Virus record (IMG/VR): IMGVR_UViG_3300028654_000384
Location: 124,001 to 188,000 of that record
Reading direction: 5' to 3' (one strand)
Length of the DNA stretch: 64,000 bases
The first letter of the stretch is position 1, and each line of letters begins with the position of its first letter. The position numbers and the translations under genes are program-made. This document shows, piece after piece, positions 9,676 through 18,750 of the stretch. The notes under the pieces were generated by a model. That model had not been told where the DNA came from. It saw nothing but the letters and a program-made list of their open reading frames with translations, and searched no databases.

Positions 9676-9865
9676 CGAGGAGTAATTCGTGCACTCGTTC
9701 CTCGAACAATGCTAACACTGACCAAGTCATCTCATTGATGAAACCTCGACGTTGTTGATGTTGACACGAGATGATCAAACCCACGGTATACATCGGTGTC
9801 AACCATGGATCACGGTTTAGATCAATGCGCCTAGTCACGGTCTTAAGTAGTGAACCGGGCTGCAT
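9638..9865 (-). CDS. KOW/SH3-like PGxL family protein
   Basis: MQPGSLL..VGLIIS..WSVLALF. Confidence 0.6.
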   Translation of the reverse strand: MQPGSLLKTVTRRIDLNRDPWLTPMYTVGLIISCQHQQRRGFINEMTWSVLALFEERVHELLLDDNDRNRSWCVL

Positions 9866-9901
9866 CTGATCAGAGTGTAATCCACGTAGGAAGGATGTAC
9901 T

Positions 9902-10270
9902 GTGATTGAGATGGAATTGATGTCTCAAGAGCGTACTTCAATCGTGCTTGAGGGCCATGTGACCCTGTCACGACCCAACTACACGACGCCGTTGTCGGCG
10001 ATTGAATTGGCTCACATCAAGGCGGGCGAACCGCTGGCGATTGCCGCGGGGCGTAATCCCACCACCAACGGCATCACCTTCTTGCTGGCCTCAGGTGAAC
10101 TCAGGGAGTTGGCTAATGCCAGCAGCCTAGGAATTCCTGATGGCGCTGTCAGGCCCACCGATCACGGTCAAACGCTCGCTGTAGACTGGTACGCCGGCGA
10201 CTTTGAGATTGACGTGGGCTATGCAATTGATCATAGTGCCATCATTGGCTTAGATTCTCAAGAGAGGTAA
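9902..10270 (+). CDS. hypothetical protein
   Basis: 122 aa ORF with phage-like codon usage. Confidence 0.65.
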   Translation: MIEMELMSQERTSIVLEGHVTLSRPNYTTPLSAIELAHIKAGEPLAIAAGRNPTTNGITFLLASGELRELANASSLGIPDGAVRPTDHGQTLAVDWYAGDFEIDVGYAIDHSAIIGLDSQER

Positions 10271-10279
10271 CAGAAGTAC

Positions 10280-10639
10280 ATGTTCAACGCATTCCTCGTC
10301 GCGTTAGCGCTGTTGGCACCGACGTATCAACCCACGCAGCAGGCATTCAAAGCGGGTGACATTCAGCCTGATCACACTCGCACCTACGTGATGCCGGCGA
10401 CCAAGCGTGGCTATTACTACTCGGTCAATGTCAGGGGCCTTTCCAAGGGCGGTGATGTCGACTGCTACTTGTTGACCAAGAACACCGAAGGCAAAGGTTT
10501 TGTCATCAAGTACACTGATGAGAGCACGGCCAACAAGTGCAGCTTTGGTTTCTACGCGTCGGGCAATGACACGTACAAGTTGTGGTTGGTCAACAACGGT
10601 ACCAGCGATGATGCCTTTGATGTCACCGTCACTCAGTGA
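10280..10639 (+). CDS. secreted beta-sandwich protein (PPC-domain-like)
   Basis: Signal peptide; GDVDCYL..YKLWLVN..FDVTV pattern. Confidence 0.6.
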   Translation: MFNAFLVALALLAPTYQPTQQAFKAGDIQPDHTRTYVMPATKRGYYYSVNVRGLSKGGDVDCYLLTKNTEGKGFVIKYTDESTANKCSFGFYASGNDTYKLWLVNNGTSDDAFDVTVTQ

Positions 10640-10657
10640 GCGCGCCTATCTATAGCA

Positions 10658-10924
10658 ATGAGGCTCACCCTACGTCGTCTACGACGATTGATACGAGAAT
10701 TCGGTGTTGACGACACACTACGGAATGATGCTGGCTTCTTCATGGCAGGCGGCCTGAGTTCAGCGCACCGTGACCGTGAGAATACGTTGATGGATCCACC
10801 GCCCGGGTTGGGCAGTGACGCAGAAGAGACAGATGACGCAGAGAAGGATGGAGACATTGAAGACAAATCACAGTTCGCAGTCAGGGTTGACGACAAACGA
10901 GGCGGGCCGGGACGATCGGCTTGA
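10658..10924 (+). CDS. putative virion/internal head protein (M-x-x-T-L-x-x-L-R-x-x-I-x-E N-terminus)
   Basis: MRLTLRRLRRLIRE; CTATCTAT motif 5 nt upstream. Confidence 0.6.
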   Translation: MRLTLRRLRRLIREFGVDDTLRNDAGFFMAGGLSSAHRDRENTLMDPPPGLGSDAEETDDAEKDGDIEDKSQFAVRVDDKRGGPGRSA

Positions 10925-11120
10925 AATGCAGGGTAAGGTCGAAGAGTGCATGCCGGGCACGCTGTTCCGGGTGCGCTGCGACAACGGGCACCTCGTCCTG
11001 TGTACCTTGAGCGGCAAGTTGAGGCAGAACCGCATCAGAATACTGGCCGGTGACGCGGTGACGTGCGAGTGCAGTCCGTATGATGTCTCGAGGGGTCGCA
11101 TCACCTGGAGACGTACGTAA
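10887..11120 (+). CDS. infA: translation initiation factor IF-1
   Basis: DDRLEMQGKVEE.MPGTLFRV..NGH..LSGKLRQNRIRILAGDAV..SPYD.SRGRI aligns with E. coli IF-1; start TTG 10887 or ATG 10926. Confidence 0.95.
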   Translation: MTTNEAGRDDRLEMQGKVEECMPGTLFRVRCDNGHLVLCTLSGKLRQNRIRILAGDAVTCECSPYDVSRGRITWRRT

Positions 11121-11125
11121 TCACC

Positions 11126-11317
11126 GTGAAGTGGTTGCTCTATGTCTTGATTTTCACTGGCGCAGGTGTGTTGGGTTCCACCTGCACTTGGTTAGCATCG
11201 CGTGGTCGTACGTTCGATGCGGGTGTATTGACGTGGATGACGGTATGCACCACGTGGTTCATCCTCACTGACCTGCAGCTCGAACGTGCTGACACAACCA
11301 ATCACCGTGTGACGTAG
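11126..11317 (+). CDS. small two-TM membrane protein
   Basis: Two hydrophobic segments. Confidence 0.55.
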   Translation: MKWLLYVLIFTGAGVLGSTCTWLASRGRTFDAGVLTWMTVCTTWFILTDLQLERADTTNHRVT

Positions 11318-11368
11318 TAAGGCTAGGACGTTGTTGTACTACTGGTTGATCGAACGTAGTATGGCAGT

Positions 11369-11638
11369 ATGAAATACGTCATCACTGCCCTGGTCGCCAT
11401 GACGCTCGTTGCCTGCGCTTCAGGTCCCGTCTTCAATGAGGGTGCCGATCATGAAGAAGGCGCCGACATCCCGTGCCAGACACCCGGACAACCCCGTGCA
11501 CAATTGGGTTGGCATGCATGTCGCCGTGGGCCCGTTGCCTGTTGCCCCGACGGTTATTCGTGCTCGGCCGACGATTTCGTGCCGCGTGCTGACGGCGCCT
11601 GTCGTTGGTGGGCCCCCACGGCGACGTCCCAATATTAA
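11369..11638 (+). CDS. Cys-rich lipoprotein
   Basis: Lipobox LVAC; CCPDGYSC; TTGTAC-17-TAGTAT-6 nt-ATG upstream. Confidence 0.7.
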   Translation: MKYVITALVAMTLVACASGPVFNEGADHEEGADIPCQTPGQPRAQLGWHACRRGPVACCPDGYSCSADDFVPRADGACRWWAPTATSQY

Positions 11639-11691
11639 GGGAGAACGCGGTTGAGCCGCGACCTAATTAGAGTGTTGGGTAGGACGAGCAC

Positions 11692-12075
11692 ATGAAGACA
11701 ACACTACGTCGCTTGAAGCAGGTCATCCGAGAAGCCGCGGGTGAAGAGCACCTCAAGTCTTACGAGAACGTCACAGTGGGTGACTGGTACAAGGAACGTC
11801 CTGAACCTCGCTTTCGTGGTGCACAGCCCGAAGCAGCCGACGTCGCACAGTTGGTCGACCTGTATTGGCGTGACTTTGGTGGCACTCACGGCAAGTTGTT
11901 GATGGCGACGCGACGTTTTCCCAGCGGGCACAGCACCAACAGCAGGTACGACGTGTGGATGGAGAAGTTTGAGGGCCCGGCGACGCCCGAAGAGGTCACC
12001 CAAGCGAAGGCACACGGTGATGCCAAACAGCGTCACATGGCTCGCACGATCGACACCTCACGCGAGGGCACCTGA
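11692..12075 (+). CDS. putative virion/internal head protein
   Basis: MKTTLRRLKQVIRE N-terminus; CCTAATTA upstream. Confidence 0.65.
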   Translation: MKTTLRRLKQVIREAAGEEHLKSYENVTVGDWYKERPEPRFRGAQPEAADVAQLVDLYWRDFGGTHGKLLMATRRFPSGHSTNSRYDVWMEKFEGPATPEEVTQAKAHGDAKQRHMARTIDTSREGT

Positions 12076-12344
12076 TGGGCGGGTTGATGCCTTACATCAG
12101 GCTCATCAACAGGAACAACCTGCGCGGTGACTATGGGTCAGAACTGACGGATCACTTCGACGCAAGGCTCACGCACCTCAATTGCATTCGGGGTGACATG
12201 CGGCGCTTTGAACGAGACTGTCGTTCCGAAGAGATGTTGCACCAGTACGCTCAACGAACGGGCCTCACCACTGACCAAGTGAAAGCCGTCCTCGATGCGT
12301 TGCTCGAGGCACCGTACGGTGATCCTGATTACACCCGAGCGTGA
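12075..12344 (+). CDS. hypothetical protein
   Basis: TGATG coupling. Confidence 0.6.
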   Translation: MGGLMPYIRLINRNNLRGDYGSELTDHFDARLTHLNCIRGDMRRFERDCRSEEMLHQYAQRTGLTTDQVKAVLDALLEAPYGDPDYTRA

Positions 12345-12971
12345 TCAGCGCTTCACCCAGCAACCCCACAGCGCCCGCCTCATCACGTCCTCAGCGAAGG
12401 GCTCACAGCCATTGGCGGTCAGTGCGTCCTTGACGTTGCACCACTGTGATTCATACGACGGCCAGTCACCCACCAACGCCTGATCCTTGAGGTCATCGGG
12501 GTGCTTGACGTAATCATGGCACATGATGAGGTCACCCGCCTTCAGGTAGGCGCAGAACTCATTGACCTCGCGTTCCTTGGCACCCCCGTCGCAGAAGACG
12601 AGCGCCTGTATGGGTTGCGTCAAGAGCAACCGTAGGTACGTGCGCTGCACAGTGAACACGTCACCCAAGATGCGATTGACGTTGGTGCCCAAGTCGAAGA
12701 CAGTGGGCACGGTGTCCTTGATGTCGAAGGTGTAGATGGGTGAGTGAGTGCTGATGTCATGGTCACGCAAGATCCGGGTGAAGCCTCCGTACAGAGTACC
12801 GATCTCAACGATCAGGCGGGGCGTGCCCATGGGCAACATCGCATTGAGCTGATCCAACGCTTCAAAGATTCGCCGTGATTGGGAGACACGCGTGCCCCTG
12901 TAGCGAAATAGGAAGCCACAGCCCGGGTTCTCATCGGGTGTCACGTACTGCATTAGATCGGCGCTCTTCAT
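12345..12971 (-). CDS. class I SAM-dependent methyltransferase (CmcI/Methyltransf_24-like)
   Basis: IVEIGTLYGG, YTFDI, ILGD, VFCDGG, MCHD motifs. Confidence 0.8.
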   Translation of the reverse strand: MKSADLMQYVTPDENPGCGFLFRYRGTRVSQSRRIFEALDQLNAMLPMGTPRLIVEIGTLYGGFTRILRDHDISTHSPIYTFDIKDTVPTVFDLGTNVNRILGDVFTVQRTYLRLLLTQPIQALVFCDGGAKEREVNEFCAYLKAGDLIMCHDYVKHPDDLKDQALVGDWPSYESQWCNVKDALTANGCEPFAEDVMRRALWGCWVKR

Positions 12972-13011
12972 GTGGTCATCCTACACGGTGTTCGCGCGCT
13001 TGTCATCCACA

Positions 13012-13791
13012 TCAATACGTGTAGACGTCATCGCCGATCGGGAACAGTTTACGTTCAAAGCGTGACTCGCCACTGTGAACGGCACGCGCCTTGACGCTGA
13101 CCAACCTCTCATCGGGCAGCACATAGGCCCACAGCTCGCCGCCAAAGCAACAACCACCGTCGAGGCCCACCGCTTTCGGGGTGATCAATGGCCTATTGAG
13201 GACGCTGTGACCGAAGAAGATGCGCTCAGGCCCGTCCCAAAAGTGGTGCCAAAAGCGCCAACCTTCGTTGGGAGGAATGCGACTCGGCCACATCGACTTG
13301 TCGTTGATCCTCATCTGACCATCGGCACCAAAGTCGTAGGGACAGATGCACTGTATGTGGGTCAAGTGACGCACGGACTGGCGTTCGATGGGCACCCCTG
13401 GGAAGACGCCGGCATGGACGGCGACGGCGTTGAACTCTGGTAGACGCAGGTACAGTGGCAACCGCCTGAAGTAGTCGTAGTGCTCGGGACGGAGCTGTGA
13501 CCGGGTGACGACGTGAGACGGGGGTAGCTGACTCGGCAGCTTACCAGTGCGTGCCAGTACGTCTTCATGATCGAGGTGCCGGTGTTCATGGTTGCCCAGG
13601 ATGCAGGCGGGTTTGCCTTGTCGCGCTTCGATCCGCATCGCCAGGTCAACGCACTTGCCGCTCTCGGGACCTCGGTCGACGGTATCACCGAGGAAGATGA
13701 CCCAGTCTTCAGGACGCGCCTTGCACTTGTCGAGCAGTTCTTGTTGTTCTGCATAACAACCTTGAACATCACCCACTAGAATTGTGCGCAT
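13012..13791 (-). CDS. metallophosphoesterase, ApaH/PrpE-like (Ap4A hydrolase/phosphatase family)
   Basis: GDVQG, GDTVDRG, GNHE, VHAG, FGHS, DGGCCFGG motifs. Confidence 0.9.
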   Translation of the reverse strand: MRTILVGDVQGCYAEQQELLDKCKARPEDWVIFLGDTVDRGPESGKCVDLAMRIEARQGKPACILGNHEHRHLDHEDVLARTGKLPSQLPPSHVVTRSQLRPEHYDYFRRLPLYLRLPEFNAVAVHAGVFPGVPIERQSVRHLTHIQCICPYDFGADGQMRINDKSMWPSRIPPNEGWRFWHHFWDGPERIFFGHSVLNRPLITPKAVGLDGGCCFGGELWAYVLPDERLVSVKARAVHSGESRFERKLFPIGDDVYTY

Positions 13792-14639
13792 TGCCATTTG
13801 AACCCATATGCTGTTTCTTTTTCACCAGTCAAACACGCCTTAATTGTATCTTTATGGGCACCAATACCCAGCTCTTTTAGAGCTAACACAGCGTGTTTAA
13901 TTGATGAAAAGGTGGCGACGATATTGCCATTTAATGATAATTGATCAACTGCAATCCATGATGATTTCGTTTTCACTTTTGGAACATGAACGTCATCACC
14001 CGCCACTCTCCAATAAAAACCATGACTCAACATTACATGACCTATTTTAACAGGAATCACTCGTTGGGTGGCTTTTGTTAATCCTTGTTCACTTAACCAT
14101 ATTTGTACTGCGCTTCGAGAATCGTGTAATTCTAAAAACTGTCCATCAGTTGACCAACGTTCAATGCGTACTTTTTGTTGATTAGCACCTTGAGATCTAT
14201 TTTGAATTTCTTCATCAGTGTACGGTGCTTTACGCCAACCAACGTGACTTCTATATTTATGTGCTTGACGAATTTTCTCATTTGTTTCAGGCGTTGGTTT
14301 CTTATGCGTTTGTGGCTTTCTCGTATAGAAGTCTTGTCCACCTACAGTAAGATTGTAACCATATCCACCCATTCTGATGTTAGTATTTAATTTTGCGATC
14401 CAATAACGTTCACGATCATTGAGTTGTTCATCAGAACATTCTTCAATGACTTCATATTTGAAATTTTCAAATCCATGTTTGATTAACGCACCCAAAATTG
14501 GTCTGCCCAATTTATTGTACTTTTTATGATGCGTTGCACCGTATTTGTAATTGCGCCAATGTATTTCTGGATCGACTTTTGATTGACCAACATACAGCTT
14601 ATCATTGAGAATATTAAGAATCTTATAAATGTGACTCAT
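13776..14639 (-). mobile_element. freestanding GIY-YIG homing endonuclease with NUMOD3/IENR1-like C-terminal repeats
   Basis: HIYKI..LYVGQS..FKYEVIE..LNDRERYWI..GYN; two Q/R-x-S-x-x-G-x-x-x-x-x-x-S motifs; strongly AT-rich relative to flanks. Confidence 0.88.
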
Positions 14640-14656
14640 TCTACCTTTAATATACT

Positions 14657-14947
14657 CTAGTTGACGTCATACTTCGATGCAGGCCAAGCCACGTCCTTGG
14701 CGACATCGATGCCCCGTGACGAATTGTCGGCGTAGGTAGGATCGAAGATCAGCACCTTGAGTGACTTAGGTAGTTCGGGACGTGCACTCACCGCGTACGT
14801 CGCTGCGATGGCCACGGGAGGTAGTTGCGGTGGCGCTTCGGGCGATGCATCCGCGAAATTACCGATGAATTGGGCCAACTTCGGAAAGTCAGCGAGGTAC
14901 AACCAGACCTGAAGCTTGTCGATGATTCGTCTTAGCATGGAATCCAT
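14657..14947 (-). CDS. hypothetical protein
   Basis: ORF track; TACAAT -10 just upstream of ATG 14938. Confidence 0.55.
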   Translation of the reverse strand: MDSMLRRIIDKLQVWLYLADFPKLAQFIGNFADASPEAPPQLPPVAIAATYAVSARPELPKSLKVLIFDPTYADNSSRGIDVAKDVAWPASKYDVN

Positions 14948-14981
14948 TGTACTCTGGCACTGCCCACAGTATTATCTGACC

Positions 14982-15074
14982 ATGAGTGATGCAGTCGTCT
15001 ATGTTGGCCTACCCGTGTTGCTGGGGTTGGCGATCCTCATCGACAGGATCCGCGACGGCAAGAGGAAACGATGA
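14982..15074 (+). CDS. single-TM micropeptide (30 aa)
   Basis: TTGTAC-17-TATTAT-6 nt-ATG; ATGA overlap with next gene. Confidence 0.55.
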   Translation: MSDAVVYVGLPVLLGLAILIDRIRDGKRKR

Positions 15075-15325
15075 AACGACCCAAGACGATTGAGGAACGC
15101 ACGGCACTGGCGTATACGTGGTGGGACTTGTCGAACGCGCTGTGGCTCGCCTTCGCGTGGACGGTATTGGTCGGCTTGTTGCTAGTCTGCGTGGCGTTCG
15201 GCGTGGGTCTGACATTGGGCGAACGTACCGGGCGCTACAACCAACGGTGCCTCGCCGCCGGGGGTGAAGTGCTAGCCACTGGCGCCTGTGGTCACATCAC
15301 CTATGTCAAGGTTGGCACGCCGTGA
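15071..15325 (+). CDS. membrane protein
   Basis: Central hydrophobic helix; GTGA overlap. Confidence 0.6.
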   Translation: MKRPKTIEERTALAYTWWDLSNALWLAFAWTVLVGLLLVCVAFGVGLTLGERTGRYNQRCLAAGGEVLATGACGHITYVKVGTP

Positions 15326-15552
15326 AGATGTCGGAGCTGCGCCGCCTCAAGGCCGAAGTCGATGAGGTCATCGTGCTTCGCGACAACCTGCAGGCAGTGC
15401 AGGCCCGTTGCACCGAACTGCTCAATGCCTACCGCACCATGCGCTACGTACTCGAGGAGTGCGACAGGTGGTTCAGTTGCGGTACCGTCGGTCGGAGCGG
15501 TGCTATCCTGCATGACAAAGTCAAGCAAGCACTATCGGAGCCCAATCGATGA
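15322..15552 (+). CDS. coiled-coil hypothetical protein
   Basis: Coupled overlaps on both sides. Confidence 0.6.
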   Translation: MKMSELRRLKAEVDEVIVLRDNLQAVQARCTELLNAYRTMRYVLEECDRWFSCGTVGRSGAILHDKVKQALSEPNR

Positions 15553-15671
15553 TCGTCGTCATCGCCGCGATGCTGTCAGGCATTCCCCTCATCACCTTTT
15601 GCATCCTCATCGTGGTCGACATGATCGATCAGTGGCGCGCAAAGAAACAACGTGCGCGCAAGGCTAAGTGA
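15549..15671 (+). CDS. single-TM micropeptide (40 aa)
   Basis: ATGA overlap; hydrophobic helix + basic tail. Confidence 0.5.
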   Translation: MIVVIAAMLSGIPLITFCILIVVDMIDQWRAKKQRARKAK

Positions 15672-15825
15672 GTGGGTCAAGGCGCTGGCGCTGCGCCTGA
15701 GGTGCAGCTTGGGCTGGCACGACTACGAACTGTTATTCGATCTCGACACCGACAGTGATGATGCTTTCGGTGAACTGTGGCACTGCAAACACTGTGAAAA
15801 GGAAGCACCAACGTGGCCATTATGA
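15652..15825 (+). CDS. small C/H..CxxC zinc-ribbon-like protein
   Basis: RCSLGWHDY..WHCKHC; ATGA overlap with next gene. Confidence 0.5.
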   Translation: MRARLSEWVKALALRLRCSLGWHDYELLFDLDTDSDDAFGELWHCKHCEKEAPTWPL

Positions 15826-16058
15826 AGACGCTGTGGCACTGGTTTCACCCCGTCAATCGAGCGCCGGTCGCGCTGTTCGCGGGTGGTGAAGTATTCACCA
15901 ACTTCGTGGCGATCGGCGCCTACACCAAGCACCCGTGGTTGACAGGCACCTGCCTCGTCGGTGCAGTGCTGTGCCTAGGCGCCTGCGTAATGATGTGCAT
16001 CAAGGCAATGAAGGCACTGTACTCACAACCCTACGTCGAAGAACTGGAGACGCCGTGA
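15822..16058 (+). CDS. small membrane protein
   Basis: Hydrophobic helices; coupled starts. Confidence 0.55.
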   Translation: MKTLWHWFHPVNRAPVALFAGGEVFTNFVAIGAYTKHPWLTGTCLVGAVLCLGACVMMCIKAMKALYSQPYVEELETP

Positions 16059-16159
16059 AAGTCATCGTTGTGCTGGCCATTCTGGTCGCCCTATTCTTTG
16101 CCTTCGTCTACCGTGAGGAGAAGCCCAAGCCCAAGACGATGCGCGATCGCTTAGATTAA
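16055..16159 (+). CDS. single-TM micropeptide
   Basis: GTGA overlap; VIVVLAILVALFFAFVY. Confidence 0.5.
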   Translation: MKVIVVLAILVALFFAFVYREEKPKPKTMRDRLD

Positions 16160-16160
16160 C

Positions 16161-16432
16161 GTGAGCGTCCACTATGCTCACGTCGATGCCCGCGACATCA
16201 GGCCAGGGGACCTGCTGTTCGACCTGCAGGCACAACACCTACCAAGCATCGGTAGTATGCTGACGACGCGCGTTGCACAGTGCCTGTTGCTGGTGATTGG
16301 CAACCTGGAGTTAGAGGCACCAGACGTTCGCAAGGGTGCTACTTCTTGGTCGTCAACAATAGCGGGCAGGTGACCGAGAGGTTCTGCTATTTTGGCTCGG
16401 GCAATGACGTGGTGAGAGTTGATGATCGATGA
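16161..16432 (+). pseudogene. PGxL family member with apparent frameshift (or sequencing error)
   Basis: RPGDLLF..CLLLVIG in one frame; family-type C-terminus GCYFLVVNNSGQV.. in another frame after the GGG run at 16334-16336. Confidence 0.45.
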
Positions 16433-16490
16433 TCTCAATAATCGTCGATGATTTTCTGATTGCGTACACTACTTACTAGTGGAGTAAGCA

Positions 16491-16667
16491 ATGAAAACAT
16501 CGATTGTATTCGCAGCATTGGGCATCATCTTTCTAGCATCGGCGTGTGACGTAGGTCTTAGGACGCGGCCCGTTCACGTTGAGGGACAAGTTGAGGTCAG
16601 ACACGACCGTGACAACCATGACCACGGTGACCACGATCGCGGTGACCACCACGACGATCACCGCTAA
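16491..16667 (+). CDS. small lipoprotein with His/Asp-rich tail (58 aa)
   Basis: GGAG RBS; lipobox ASAC; tail HDRDNHDHGDHDRGDHHDDHR. Confidence 0.7.
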   Translation: MKTSIVFAALGIIFLASACDVGLRTRPVHVEGQVEVRHDRDNHDHGDHDRGDHHDDHR

Positions 16668-16706
16668 GACATCAGAAAGTACACGCAACGTGCCTAATTA
16701 TTGACC

Positions 16707-17021
16707 ATGAGGGTCAGGTTAGGCACGTTGCGTCGTTACTTGCACGAGGCGTTGTTGGCCGAAGTCTGGCCCGGGCAACCTTATGGCCGCAACACGTTAA
16801 GTCCTGACATCAATAACCGTGAGCAAATTGGTGCGCTCACCGCAAAAGCTCTCGACACAGTTGACGACCCAGATGGTTTACCCGATCACCTGAAGGAGCC
16901 CCTCGTTTCCCGAGAGGACTGTGAAGGGCCAGTGCCGCCCACCGCCGAGCCCGTGACAATCCACAGTGATCCATTTGCGAGGGACTTCTCGCCGGCACCG
17001 ACAGCTGGCATCAATCGCTAA
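16707..17021 (+). CDS. putative virion/internal head protein
   Basis: MRVRLGTLRRYLHE N-terminus; CCTAATTA 6 nt upstream. Confidence 0.6.
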   Translation: MRVRLGTLRRYLHEALLAEVWPGQPYGRNTLSPDINNREQIGALTAKALDTVDDPDGLPDHLKEPLVSREDCEGPVPPTAEPVTIHSDPFARDFSPAPTAGINR

Positions 17022-17348
17022 TCACTTCGCCAACTTGTCGAACAACGGCAAGTCACCATTCTTGGTGATGCACTTGTCCTCATAGGGTGCCCACACCCGC
17101 CTGTACAACTCCGTCGCCACGTTGGTCAACACGCCCGACACTGTGGCCACGACGTGGTACCTGACCACACCGAACCTCACGTTGATGACCTGCATCACGA
17201 GCCTCGTGATGGTGTAATTGAGCACCCCCGCGAAGTCAGCGCTGTCGAACGGAGGACCGTCAGCGCCGGCGACCTCCACTACTACACCCGCTAGGTTGTC
17301 GATCAACGCGTCAAGTGGTGCTCGCTGTTCCTGCTTGATGTAGGGCAT
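17022..17348 (-). CDS. conserved phage protein (DUF6899-like)
   Basis: MPYIK..GVLNYTITRL..ELYRRV.APYED..I.KNGD pattern. Confidence 0.7.
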   Translation of the reverse strand: MPYIKQEQRAPLDALIDNLAGVVVEVAGADGPPFDSADFAGVLNYTITRLVMQVINVRFGVVRYHVVATVSGVLTNVATELYRRVWAPYEDKCITKNGDLPLFDKLAK

Positions 17349-17378
17349 GACCAATCATCACCCACGTGCACACGGTGT

Positions 17379-17645
17379 TCACTCGGTGACGATCCGCCTG
17401 ATCCAACCCAACGAACCCGTGTGCCAGATCACCGTGGGCCCGGGTCCCAGCAACTGATACATGTACCAGCCACCCACCGTTGCCATCTTATAGTCACGCG
17501 CCAACAGCAACCACGGTACCGCCCGATCGATGCCGGCGTTCGGATCTATGGAGAAGATGGTCCACCCATCGCCGTTCGGATTGGCGATAAAGAAGAAGAA
17601 TGTCCCAACCTCGATGTTAGCGGGGGAAAATTCACGATCACGCAT
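17379..17645 (-). CDS. KOW/SH3-like family protein (divergent)
   Basis: EVGTFF..WLLLA..YQLLG..VIW. Confidence 0.5.
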   Translation of the reverse strand: MRDREFSPANIEVGTFFFFIANPNGDGWTIFSIDPNAGIDRAVPWLLLARDYKMATVGGWYMYQLLGPGPTVIWHTGSLGWIRRIVTE

Positions 17646-17865
17646 TGAATGCCATCATTGTTGACTTGCACTCATAGTCGGTGTAGTGACGTAGTTTACA
17701 CTCGTCAGTGAAGACCGTGACGGTAGCCTTTGCGAGGTTGCCCACAGATCTGTCAGTGAACGGCTCAACACCGATGACCAGCGCGGTGATCCACTCGATG
17801 TTGGAGGCAGAGCTCTGCAAGCTCTGCAACATGTCGCCCGGTTTCAGGTTCTTTGCCGACCTCAC
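17638..17865 (-). CDS. KOW/SH3-like PGxL family protein
   Basis: KPGDML..ALVIGV..VTVF. Confidence 0.65.
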   Translation of the reverse strand: MRSAKNLKPGDMLQSLQSSASNIEWITALVIGVEPFTDRSVGNLAKATVTVFTDECKLRHYTDYECKSTMMAFNA

Positions 17866-18074
17866 TTGACAACCTCACACCATGTGCCGATATAGGCGTA
17901 ACTATATGCCTCAACCTTGCCATTGTCAACCACAATGGTCACCCTATCATCAAAACTATTGACGTCAGGGTCATCGGGCACCGCAATGACGAAGGCGAAG
18001 TGCCATGGCACCAAGTCGCCTTTACCACGGTAGTGTATCCGACGCAGGAGATTACCTGGCACGGGCAGCATCAT
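17862..18074 (-). CDS. KOW/SH3-like PGxL family protein
   Basis: VPGNLL..AFVIAV..VTIVVDNGKV. Confidence 0.6.
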   Translation of the reverse strand: MMLPVPGNLLRRIHYRGKGDLVPWHFAFVIAVPDDPDVNSFDDRVTIVVDNGKVEAYSYAYIGTWCEVVK

Positions 18075-18397
18075 GCATGCCTGTCATTGATGACACGTAA
18101 TTCACAGTCGCTCGACGACACCCAAATTGGTCGGCCCTTCCACAGGACGAGGTGTGCAGTGATAGCTCCGAGGTTGAACTTGATCTTCGGGGGCGCCAAC
18201 TGCTGGCTGGCGATGTAGAGGCAATAGGTACCCGCGGGGATGACTCCCACCATGATGGCATCTACCTCAGTTCTTGTCTTCGCGCGATCGAACAACTCTG
18301 GCACACGCTTGGCTTTGATCGAGAACGAATCACGGAGTTGCCAGAGCTGTACTAGGTTGCCCGTCTTGAGATCGGTCACTGTCCGACTCCGCACCAC
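18071..18397 (-). CDS. KOW/SH3-like PGxL family protein
   Basis: KTGNLVQLW..YCLYIA..HLVLWKGRPIWV. Confidence 0.65.
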   Translation of the reverse strand: MVRSRTVTDLKTGNLVQLWQLRDSFSIKAKRVPELFDRAKTRTEVDAIMVGVIPAGTYCLYIASQQLAPPKIKFNLGAITAHLVLWKGRPIWVSSSDCELRVINDRHA

Positions 18398-18725
18398 ACT
18401 CGCGAGCGTATTGCCTGATGAAGTCGTCCAAGTGCAGGCGTATGGTGCAGAGATCTAATAGTGTCAGTCGGCGCAAACCACGGGTGCCTAGTACGACAAA
18501 TGAGTCGATGCTGTCGCCTACGGGACTGGTCACGTCGAACGCCGCACGGAAAGCGTAGCGATGGTTGGCATAGCTCGTTGATTCGAGAGCATCCTTCTTG
18601 ACGACCTGATAGATGACGTGGTTCTTTAATTGCGACAACTTGTCGTCGACCGTGTAGACGCAGAGATCTCCTAGTTGTAGTTCGCACGATTCAAGCGTCC
18701 CCTTTAGCGATCCCGGTGCTGCCAT
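18330..18725 (-). CDS. KOW/SH3-like family protein (longer member)
   Basis: QLGDLCVY..YQVV; TAAGAT-6 nt-ATG upstream. Confidence 0.6.
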   Translation of the reverse strand: MAAPGSLKGTLESCELQLGDLCVYTVDDKLSQLKNHVIYQVVKKDALESTSYANHRYAFRAAFDVTSPVGDSIDSFVVLGTRGLRRLTLLDLCTIRLHLDDFIRQYARECGAESDSDRSQDGQPSTALATP

Positions 18726-18750
18726 CCTCAGATCTTACACCACGCTCAGG

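Noticed and set aside
13776-14639. Group I intron interrupting the phosphoesterase
   Set aside because: Phosphoesterase is complete downstream from its own ATG, no upstream exon, no intron core seen; a freestanding HEG fits better
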